NCBI GenBank assembly: GCA_965202695.1
Contig: OZ241843.1
Span: 4,712,662-4,776,661, forward strand
Reading direction: 5' to 3'
DNA length: 64,000 nucleotides
Origin: Vicinamibacterales bacterium
GTDB taxonomy: Bacteria; Acidobacteriota; Vicinamibacteria; Vicinamibacterales; UBA8438
Below, in pieces: positions 30,290-38,016 of the stretch; the first letter of the stretch is position 1; every line of letters starts with the position of its first letter. A program made the translations under genes and the position numbers. The notes beneath the pieces were generated by a model. It did not search any database. It worked only from the letters and a program-made list of their open reading frames with translations, and was not told where the DNA came from.

Positions 30290-33200
30290 CAATCCGCCTC
30301 CCCGGCGAGGGCGTCGAGCGTGAGGACGCCCTCCTCTCCGCGCGCGATGCGGAAATAATCGTGGCCGGTCCGGGTGAGAAGCACTTCCTGATAGGGCGCC
30401 GACGACAGCACGTTCTTGAAGACCGCCAGCGACAGGTAGTGGCCCTGCTGCTCCTCGAGACTCGGGCGGTAGCCGTCCCGGAGTCTCGACAACATCTCGT
30501 AGACGTCGAGATCCACGATCAGTTCAGCCGGCTGGCCGCCCGGGGGCTCGTGCACGAAACGCAACGCCGGGGGCATGTGCTCGACGAAGCGCTGCTCCGA
30601 CGGCGCCGGGAGCGCCAGGCGGAAGCGCGCGCCGGGAAACAGGCGGTAGCTCCGCACCGTGCCGCGGTCCACGACCCGCACGCGCAACGCCAGCGCGTCG
30701 CCGACCGGCCGCGGGTCCCGGAGGCCTTCGCCGCGGTTGATGCCCGCGATCAGCCGATCCCGGTAGAGGCCCGGGTCGGTCTCTCCCGCCACGAGCCTCC
30801 AGAACTCGCCGTAGGTCCGGTACGGCAGCATCTCCTTCCAGCGCTCGTCGCGCCGCTCGAAGAACTGGCGCCGCCGGAGCATGGCCACGTAGCCGCGGTG
30901 GGCGGCCGCGCCCCCGGCGCCGGGCGGCGCGGGATCGTGCGGCAGATCCCGGTGCAGCCGCTCCAGGAGCCGCGTGTCGTAGTCGCCGCGCCGATCGAAC
31001 GTGAAGCGCGCCGTCTCGCCGGCGGTCGGCGGCAGGTAGTCGAGGGCGCGGTCGAGGTCCGGGTTCGTGGCTTCGCCGACGTCGATCTCCCGCAAGCGGG
31101 TCAGCAGGCGGTCTCCCGAACCGCCGCCCTGCCAAGCGTTGAAGTAGAAGCTGTCCACGATCTGCTGGCGGGCGCCGGCGTCGGAACCGGCGTACAGCGC
31201 GTGGATCCGGTCGCAGTCCCGCGCCCCCGCCAGCGTGAAGGCGAGCGCCGAACGGAGGTCCCGCATCGTGACGTGGAGCCGCCCCCGAAGGTGGGTGATC
31301 GCATACAGGGCGCGCAACCGTTCGACGACCTTCGGTCCGGCGACCGGATCCTGCAGCGTACGGGCGTTGTGGTGCGCGTAGCAACGATCGCGGATGTCGC
31401 AGCCGGCGCACGCGGCCCAGAACCGATCCGCGGTGAGTCGGCGGACGAGACGGTCGAAGATGGCGTCCGACGGGCCGCCCTCCGAGCCGGCGACGACCGA
31501 GCGCAGGTTCAGGTTCACGGCGGCGACGCCGTCCTCCGGCGCGGCGCCGGCCAGCCCCGCCAGCACGATCGCCCGCAACCGGCGGTACCGGTCCGCGTGC
31601 TCGCTGAGGAAGTCGACCAGCCGGCCCTCGTTGACGGCGATGATGCGCGTTTCGTCCCGCGGCCAGCCGCCGCCGTCGTCGCCTTCGAAAGGCTGGAAGA
31701 AATCCCGCAGCACGTCGTCGTTGGCCTTGTCTTCCTCGTCCTGGCTGCCGTCGTGGTTGGTGACGAAGCGCCGGCCGGCGCACGTGAACTCGGCCCCGTT
31801 CGGCCGCGCCGTCAGCGTGGCCGCCGCCTCGGTGGCGCGCTCGATCTGCTGGATGAACGCCGTCTTGCCGTCGCCGGCGTTGCCGGTGACGACGACGAGG
31901 CGGAACTCGCCTCCGAACAGCGCGGGGCGGAGCCGCTCGTCCAGCAGGGTCCGCACGTACGTCTCGCGGCCGATCTCGTCGAGACCGCGAGTGCCCGCGT
32001 TGCTCCGCGGACTCTGGCTGTACATCGCTTGCAGGTGGCTGACGAACGGATTGAAGTTCGGCTTGCGCGGCGGCGGCAGCGGCGGATCGCCGGTTGCGGC
32101 TGTTTCGTCGGCGGGCGGCGCGGCGCGGACGCTGCCGATTTCCGCGAGCGCGGCGCGGAACGCCGCCGCGGACGCGAACCGATCCGCACGGCGGGGCGCG
32201 ATGGCCCGCACCAGGACCCGCGCGAACCCGGGCGCGAGATGGCCGGCGTAGTCCGCCGGCTCGGTGGGCGCCACGTCCGCGACGGGCGCGGCGCCCTTCC
32301 ACGGATACCTGCCCGTGGCGCACTCGTAGAGCGTGACGCCGAGGGAAAACAGATCCCAGTCGGTCTTCTCGTCCGCCGTCATTTCCTCCGTGAACTCCAG
32401 ATCGGGCGGGATGTAGCGGCGGGTGCCGCCGGGGCGCGCCTCGTCGTCGTCGCGGTGCGCCGCGACGTTGAAGTCGATGATACGGACGCCCCGATCCGTC
32501 CAGAGCAGGTTCGAGGGCTTGACGTCGCGGTGGAAGACGCCGTTCCGGTGCAGGTGCTCCAGGCCGGCGAGGGTCTCGGCGCCGAGCCGTCCGACGTCTT
32601 CCGGCGAAAGCGAGCCGTTGTCGAGCAGCTCGTTCACCCCCGTGCCGGGCACGTACTCGAAGACCAGGTACGGCGTGCCGTCCCGCAGCTTGTCCGCCCA
32701 GACCACGCGCACGACGTTCGGATGGGGCGGCAGACGCTCCAGCACGCTGTATTCCCGCTTGAGGCGCTCGAACGTCGAACGCCGATCCTTGACGATGATC
32801 TTGAGCACCCGGCTGGTGTCCGAGAACGCGTCGAACACGCGGTAGACGACCGCGAACGCGCCCTGGCCCAGCCGCTCTTCGATGCGGAAACGGCCGGCGA
32901 CGTCGTCGCCCCGCCGCAAGGCGGCGTAGTCCACCTCGGGCCGGTGGGCCGGCGCGGCGGCGCGTTCGGGAGCCCCGGCCCGGCCGCCGTCGCGCGGGTC
33001 GGGGCCGACGATCTCGTTGAAGCGGGCGAGCGCGACGGCGGCCGACGACGGCCGGTCCTCCCCGTCGAACGCGCACAGGCCCTGCAGCCACTCGTCGACC
33101 GCGGGCGGCAGCTCGGGCTTCTGTTCGGACGGCTTCACCGGGAACACGCCGTCCTTCTCCATCATGTCGTCGATCGACGTCCAGGCCGGCTCGCCGACCA

Positions 33201-34407
33201 GCAGCTCGTAGAAGACGAGGCCGGCGGCGTACAGGTCGGACGCCACGCTCGCCTGCGAGGCGTCCCGGTAGCACTCGGGCGCCTGGTACATCGGATCGAG
33301 TTCGTCGACGACGTCGTCGGCGATGGTGGTGCCGGCCTGGTCGCGGCCGGCCCGCGCATGGTCGAAGCCGCAGAGCAGCGCCCGGCCCGAGGCGGCGACG
33401 AGCACCGCGTCCGGCGTCAGGTTCCGGTGCACGACCCGCGGTTCGCTCCGGTGCGCGTGGCCGAGGGCGGCGAGCACGTCGCGGACGACCGCGATCTTCT
33501 GGTCGAACGTCAGCGCCAGCGCGCTCTTCCTGACGTGCTGGCGCAGGGCGTGCCCGGCCACGTCCGCGGTGACCAGGACGAAGCGGTCCTCCGCCTCGGT
33601 CGGGAAGAACTCGCGCACGGTCAGGACGTTCGGGTGTCCGGGCAGCGCCGCCACCGCGCGGTAGGCGTTCTCGATGCGGCGGCGCTCCCGCCGGCGCTCG
33701 TCCTCCGGCAGGTACGGATCGACCGGATATATCCGCAGCCGGGCGGTGCCGCCGCGCTTTGCGCCGAGCAGCGTGTGCTTGGCGCGGTACTCCGTATAGC
33801 GGTCGGTCCCGCCGAGCCGTTCCTCGACCTGCCACGTGCCGTAGCACGGCGGCGCGCTCCTCGGCTTCGCGCCGCCGACGATCGCCTGCCGCACGCGGCG
33901 GAAGTGCGCCCGGACGTCGGTGGACCGGCCGGGCGGAATGCGCGTCGTGGCCTGGAAGAAGGCGGCGCACTTCCGGAGGTACGCCACCGACGGACCGTCC
34001 TGGCCGCCCGGGTCCTGGACGAACGCGTCGGGCGCGGTCATCAGCACCGCGGCGTCGACGTACAGGCCGCCGAGCGCCCGGTCCGTCGGATGCCGGTCGC
34101 AGATCAGCGCCTTCAGCACCTTCGCGTGCCGGCGCAGGATCGCCAGCGGCGAGTGGTACGGCGCGCGCCCCTCCGGGTACCACCGGCCGCCGTGGACGTC
34201 GACGTGGCCCCGGGTGCCCTTGACGTCGATCACGTGGACGCAGTGCGGGCCGAGCAGCGCCGCGTCGATCTCGTGGATCTCGTGGCCCTGCCGCAACTCG
34301 AAGTTGTGGATGACGGTGAAGGTGTCCGGCAGGTGGTCGCGCAGCCAGGCGATCGCCTCCCGCTCGGAGTCGTTGACCGGCTGGCCGATGGCGACGACTT
34401 TGGCCAT
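30289..34407 (-). CDS. 1372-aa NERD + pseudokinase + Ser/Thr kinase + P-loop NTPase fusion protein
   Basis: The start MAKVVAIGQ overlaps the S-subunit stop by 1 nt. NERD motif EIDAALLGPHCVHVIDVKGTRG. Kinase 1 is degenerate (HRN, GFD, no G-loop). Kinase 2 is canonical (GQGAFAVV, VLK, HRDVKPSN, DFN). Walker A VVVTGNAGDGKT. Confidence 0.9.
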   Translation of the reverse strand: MAKVVAIGQPVNDSEREAIAWLRDHLPDTFTVIHNFELRQGHEIHEIDAALLGPHCVHVIDVKGTRGHVDVHGGRWYPEGRAPYHSPLAILRRHAKVLKALICDRHPTDRALGGLYVDAAVLMTAPDAFVQDPGGQDGPSVAYLRKCAAFFQATTRIPPGRSTDVRAHFRRVRQAIVGGAKPRSAPPCYGTWQVEERLGGTDRYTEYRAKHTLLGAKRGGTARLRIYPVDPYLPEDERRRERRRIENAYRAVAALPGHPNVLTVREFFPTEAEDRFVLVTADVAGHALRQHVRKSALALTFDQKIAVVRDVLAALGHAHRSEPRVVHRNLTPDAVLVAASGRALLCGFDHARAGRDQAGTTIADDVVDELDPMYQAPECYRDASQASVASDLYAAGLVFYELLVGEPAWTSIDDMMEKDGVFPVKPSEQKPELPPAVDEWLQGLCAFDGEDRPSSAAVALARFNEIVGPDPRDGGRAGAPERAAAPAHRPEVDYAALRRGDDVAGRFRIEERLGQGAFAVVYRVFDAFSDTSRVLKIIVKDRRSTFERLKREYSVLERLPPHPNVVRVVWADKLRDGTPYLVFEYVPGTGVNELLDNGSLSPEDVGRLGAETLAGLEHLHRNGVFHRDVKPSNLLWTDRGVRIIDFNVAAHRDDDEARPGGTRRYIPPDLEFTEEMTADEKTDWDLFSLGVTLYECATGRYPWKGAAPVADVAPTEPADYAGHLAPGFARVLVRAIAPRRADRFASAAAFRAALAEIGSVRAAPPADETAATGDPPLPPPRKPNFNPFVSHLQAMYSQSPRSNAGTRGLDEIGRETYVRTLLDERLRPALFGGEFRLVVVTGNAGDGKTAFIQQIERATEAAATLTARPNGAEFTCAGRRFVTNHDGSQDEEDKANDDVLRDFFQPFEGDDGGGWPRDETRIIAVNEGRLVDFLSEHADRYRRLRAIVLAGLAGAAPEDGVAAVNLNLRSVVAGSEGGPSDAIFDRLVRRLTADRFWAACAGCDIRDRCYAHHNARTLQDPVAGPKVVERLRALYAITHLRGRLHVTMRDLRSALAFTLAGARDCDRIHALYAGSDAGARQQIVDSFYFNAWQGGGSGDRLLTRLREIDVGEATNPDLDRALDYLPPTAGETARFTFDRRGDYDTRLLERLHRDLPHDPAPPGAGGAAAHRGYVAMLRRRQFFERRDERWKEMLPYRTYGEFWRLVAGETDPGLYRDRLIAGINRGEGLRDPRPVGDALALRVRVVDRGTVRSYRLFPGARFRLALPAPSEQRFVEHMPPALRFVHEPPGGQPAELIVDLDVYEMLSRLRDGYRPSLEEQQGHYLSLAVFKNVLSSAPYQEVLLTRTGHDYFRIARGEEGVLTLDALAGEAD

Positions 34408-35822
34408 CAGGCCGCCGCCCGTTCCTCGATCCAGCGCTCCACGACGGCGCGCGCCTCGCGCTCCCGGCCGATCGCGTCGTGCCGGGCGGTGCGGACCGCG
34501 AAGGCGCGCCGGCCGAACTCCGCCGTCCGCGCGTCGTCGAGCCGCGGCAGCACGACGCCCGCGACGGCCGGTTCGTCGAGGTGGGGGATGGAGGATCCGA
34601 ACGCGCGGGCCTTGAGTTGCCGCCGTCCGTACTCCGACGAGAGGCAGGCGAACAGGTACCCGGCCTCGGCTTCGCTTGCGCTGAACAGCCTCATCGCGTC
34701 GTGCGTGACCGTGGCGCCAACCACGTCGCCGTAGGGAAGCACGGCGTGTCCGATGATCCCGTTCAGTTGTCCGGAGGCCGGCACCAGCACGGTCGTTTCG
34801 TCGACGATCAGGTTCTCGAAACCCGGCGTGCGCCGCGCCAGCAGATAGCCGGCCTCCGGATCGGATCGCATGAGCGCGGAGGTGCCGAAGAACGGCAGGC
34901 CGAATCGCGGGTCCTCGACCGGAATGCGCTTGAACATCGGCGGCCAGAACACCCGTTCGGCCAGTGCGCCCACCGTCGTCCGGCGCGCCGCCGGGAGCGC
35001 CGCCAGCGGCTCCAGCGCGGCGCGGTGCCAGTTGCCGTGGAACAGGCCGTCCATCCGGCCGCGGAGGGCGCCGGCCCGCACCAACGCCGTGTCCGGCGAC
35101 GCCGGCCCGGACCGCCGGCCGATGGGAGGCAGGCCGGCCGCTTGCTCGATTGCGCGGACGACCACCCGCAACTCCGCGGACGCCTTCGTCCGCAGCGCCG
35201 CCGCCTCGGTCACGAGCCGGTGCGCCTCGTCCTGCACGTCGTCCGGGGCGAGGGGCACCGGCGCCCGCGCGACGTGCCGCGGCTCGACGTGCTGGACGAT
35301 CGCGCCGTAGGTCCCTCCCGTCAGCAGCGGCAGCCCGAAGCGGCCGCTCAGGAAGGCGTAGAGGTACCCCGGCCGGACGCGCGCCGGGTCGGGCGCGATC
35401 TTGAGCACGTCCTGAGACGACCACATTCCGGACATTTCCAGACGCGCGTAGGACGTCCGCCCTATCGTGCCCGAGCACGACATCAGGGTCATGTCCGCGT
35501 CGAGTCGCAAATGGGCAAGCCGGGCGGAGGAGGCGTCGGACTTCTTCAGAAGGTCGGCGTGCGTGAAGTCCGCGTGCAGCATGCTGCTGCCTGTGAGGAA
35601 ACGAACGCCGTGTTCGGGATCGGAAACGTAGTTCCTCACGAACTGCGGTCCGTTGTAGATGCCGCCCTCGTGCCCGCGCGTGAGAGCGCAAAGATCGGAC
35701 CGGGCCGCGGGCAGGCGCTCCAGAAGCATCCGGGCCTCCATCGCGCCCGACAGGTACGGCCCGCAGTCGAGCCGCCGGCCCTCCCGCACGATCCAGGCGC
35801 TCGGAACGTGCTTCTCTTTCAT
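34407..35822 (-). CDS. type I R-M specificity-subunit-like protein (HsdS-like, two target-recognition halves)
   Basis: Two-lobed layout with a central helical spacer (EAHRLVTEAAALRTKASAELRVVVRAIEQ) and a C-terminal one. GSSIPHL-type conserved block. An alternative start lies at 35858. Confidence 0.7.
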   Translation of the reverse strand: MKEKHVPSAWIVREGRRLDCGPYLSGAMEARMLLERLPAARSDLCALTRGHEGGIYNGPQFVRNYVSDPEHGVRFLTGSSMLHADFTHADLLKKSDASSARLAHLRLDADMTLMSCSGTIGRTSYARLEMSGMWSSQDVLKIAPDPARVRPGYLYAFLSGRFGLPLLTGGTYGAIVQHVEPRHVARAPVPLAPDDVQDEAHRLVTEAAALRTKASAELRVVVRAIEQAAGLPPIGRRSGPASPDTALVRAGALRGRMDGLFHGNWHRAALEPLAALPAARRTTVGALAERVFWPPMFKRIPVEDPRFGLPFFGTSALMRSDPEAGYLLARRTPGFENLIVDETTVLVPASGQLNGIIGHAVLPYGDVVGATVTHDAMRLFSASEAEAGYLFACLSSEYGRRQLKARAFGSSIPHLDEPAVAGVVLPRLDDARTAEFGRRAFAVRTARHDAIGREREARAVVERWIEERAAA

Positions 35823-35963
35823 CGCGACGCTCGGCGCTCTCGGGCCGTCGCCGTCCACGATCCCCCGACCCGGCGGCCGATCACGTCGACGTTGCCGCTG
35901 CCGCGAGGACGAACGGCTGCCCCGTTCCGCGTCCGCGTCCGACTCCGCGGCGGGCCTGACTGG

Positions 35964-36464
35964 TCAACGGGGGCGGGAATGCCTTGCGGCCGGCGGCCGA
36001 ACGTCGGTTCGGGTCGGCGGCGTCAGGTGGCCCAATTGCTCCAGGACGAATGCGTCAGGCAAATCCGAAGATTTTTCGTAGTGGGCGCGCCGGCTCCGTC
36101 CACCGACGTACGCATGGCAGTCCGCCCGCCCGTCGTCGCGCAACAGGACAAGGACGGCGCCCGGCCGGTCGGGCACCTTGAAGTGCAGGGCGATTTCGGC
36201 GTCCTGCGTCGGGTAGACGGTAAGCAAGACACTTGCCGGCGCGCGTTGCGTCAAGGCCCGAACGAGCCTCTCCGCCTCCGCCTTGGTGGTTTCGCCGACC
36301 TGCGGAAGGTTTTCTTCCGCGATTTCGTCGTCGACTTCCGCCAGTTCCGCCAGGGCGTCCGCGAGCCGACGTGGCTCCGGCGGGCCGAGGCGCCGGAAAG
36401 CGCCGCCCGGCGGGCTCGCGCCAACCGGCGACGGGGCGTGCGGCTCGCTCCGTTCTCGGTCCAT
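35964..36464 (-). CDS. 166-aa hypothetical protein
   Basis: ORF taken from the internal ATG (MDRERSE..). The C-terminal about 110 aa have normal alpha/beta-like composition. No motif recognised. Confidence 0.4.
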   Translation of the reverse strand: MDRERSEPHAPSPVGASPPGGAFRRLGPPEPRRLADALAELAEVDDEIAEENLPQVGETTKAEAERLVRALTQRAPASVLLTVYPTQDAEIALHFKVPDRPGAVLVLLRDDGRADCHAYVGGRSRRAHYEKSSDLPDAFVLEQLGHLTPPTRTDVRPPAARHSRPR

Positions 36465-36658
36465 CGCCACGCGTTCAGTATACGGGAGCCGGGGCCGACC
36501 TCGTCGTGACCGGCGCTTCGGAATCCTCCCGACCAGCCCCGGCCGCCCCGCCGTCGGCTCGTTTGTCGGCGGTCTGGACGCTACCCCTCGGCCGGACAAG
36601 TGCTCCCTGGGGAATCGGTGCGAACCGGGTTCGCCACGAGGTCGTCACCCTCGGGGCT

Positions 36659-36695
36659 GCCGCGGCTCCGGGACGATCAGCCCGCCGGCGGATTC
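36659..36695. repeat. right copy of the 37-bp direct repeat (partner at 22698..22734)
   Basis: See 22698..22734. The two copies are 13,961 bp apart. Confidence 0.85.
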
Positions 36696-37660
36696 GGGTC
36701 GAGCGCGATCTGGACCGCTTGCGCCGGCGGAGCGACGAAAGGCGTCTGTGCCGTTATGAAGGCGTGGCCAGCATGGTTCTCGACGATCTTGACGGCTGAC
36801 GTGCCGGTGAACGTGTGCGTGGTCGCGTGGAACACCGAGAGACCGAGATCCTGGAGTTTTTCGTCGTCTTCCAGCGCAAGGATCGAAAGCCCTTGCTCGG
36901 ACAGATCGGACCGGGACAGGTGTCGGCTGTGGCTCTTGAACCGCTTGTGATCCGACAGCCAGTCCGAGACGGAGCGAGCGAATTCCGCACGATCGTCCCT
37001 GTGTCTGAACATGTACGCTTCAAGCCAGGTGCTCACCAGTTCCCTCGACAACTCCAGGGCCGTTTCGCAGTGCACAAGCAGATCCGGCCCGTACTGGCTC
37101 AGCATCGGGAGCCACGCGGACAGCTTGGCGGGGTCCGAGCACTCCCGTTGCGCCTTGTCGAACTGATCCAGCACCGCCTGCGCCGGGATGTAGCGCGTCC
37201 CCAACGGCGTCGCCAGCAGCACCTGCGGGTCGGTCGGGCCGAGAAACGAGTGCTTCCCCATCATGATTTCGTCCGCGGCGCACGAGATCATGGTGGCCGC
37301 GGACATGGCGAGCTGCGGGACGATGACGCGAATGTGGGAGAACCGGGAACGAAGATAGGCGACGATGCCCGCGGCGGCTTCAGGGGAACCGCCCGGGCTG
37401 TGGAGGATCAGATCGAGATTCGGACCCCGCAAGCCTGAAGTGACCTCCATGAGGGCATGAATGTCCTCGTCGGTGATGGAAGTGCGCGCCGGCGGAGCGT
37501 CGTCCCGTTGCAGCCATCCGGAGGCGTACAGAACGACATCGCGATCGGTGTGGCGATGAAGGTCGGCGAGATACCGGCGTCGAACGCCGTCGAAGTCAGG
37601 GGGCGAACCTTGCGCCGCCGACTGGCTCAACTCGGCAAGGATGCCGCTCCAAAGAGGCAT
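36677..37660 (-). CDS. SDH-family Clp-fold serine protease (ClpP/SppA-like fold)
   Basis: LILHSPGGSPEAA and QLAMSAATMISCAADEIMM resemble the Clp/SppA serine-protease core. The sequence is visibly lower in GC than its neighbours. Confidence 0.7.
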   Translation of the reverse strand: MPLWSGILAELSQSAAQGSPPDFDGVRRRYLADLHRHTDRDVVLYASGWLQRDDAPPARTSITDEDIHALMEVTSGLRGPNLDLILHSPGGSPEAAAGIVAYLRSRFSHIRVIVPQLAMSAATMISCAADEIMMGKHSFLGPTDPQVLLATPLGTRYIPAQAVLDQFDKAQRECSDPAKLSAWLPMLSQYGPDLLVHCETALELSRELVSTWLEAYMFRHRDDRAEFARSVSDWLSDHKRFKSHSRHLSRSDLSEQGLSILALEDDEKLQDLGLSVFHATTHTFTGTSAVKIVENHAGHAFITAQTPFVAPPAQAVQIALDPNPPAG

Positions 37661-37668
37661 GCGGCGCG

Positions 37669-37893
37669 TCAGGAGCCCGGCCGGAAGTTCGCATGGTCGG
37701 TCGTCGTGGTGCGCGACGGCGTCCTGGTCACCGCGCGGTAGGGATCGAGCCCGCGATCGGCGGTGCGCCAGTCGCCGTACACGCGCATGATCTCGGGGAT
37801 GCCCGGGCGCTTGCGAGCTTCCTCAAGCAGCGCGGCGTGCGCCCGCGCCCGTTCGGAGGTCTTCTCTTCGTCGGATCGTCGGGTTATCGTCAT
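37669..37893 (-). CDS. 74-aa hypothetical protein upstream of the protease
   Basis: Its stop lies 8 nt before the protease ATG. It has a charged helical N-terminus. Weak evidence. Confidence 0.4.
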   Translation of the reverse strand: MTITRRSDEEKTSERARAHAALLEEARKRPGIPEIMRVYGDWRTADRGLDPYRAVTRTPSRTTTTDHANFRPGS

Positions 37894-38016
37894 GTCTCCC
37901 CCACCGGCTCGCCCGCTCCCGCCGGCCCGTTCGCCATCGTAGCATGGATCGCGCGGCCCGGGACCGCTCCACCCAGCGCCGCCCCTGAACCCGCTACCCG
38001 CCGAACTCGCCGTTCC

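Noticed and set aside
30361-34734. 1457-aa plus-strand ORF and a 1219-aa alternate-frame minus-strand ORF (30524..34183) over the kinase gene
   Set aside because: Both are Arg/Pro/Gly-rich shadow frames. Only the 30289..34407 frame shows NERD, kinase and P-loop motifs.
34408-35691. The N-terminal 428 codons of the 1800-aa ORF-track entry (30289..35691)
   Set aside because: This part overlaps the HsdS-like gene in another frame and is Arg/Gly/Ala-rich. A clean ATG (MAKVVAIGQ) sits exactly at the S-gene stop, so the kinase gene starts at 34407.
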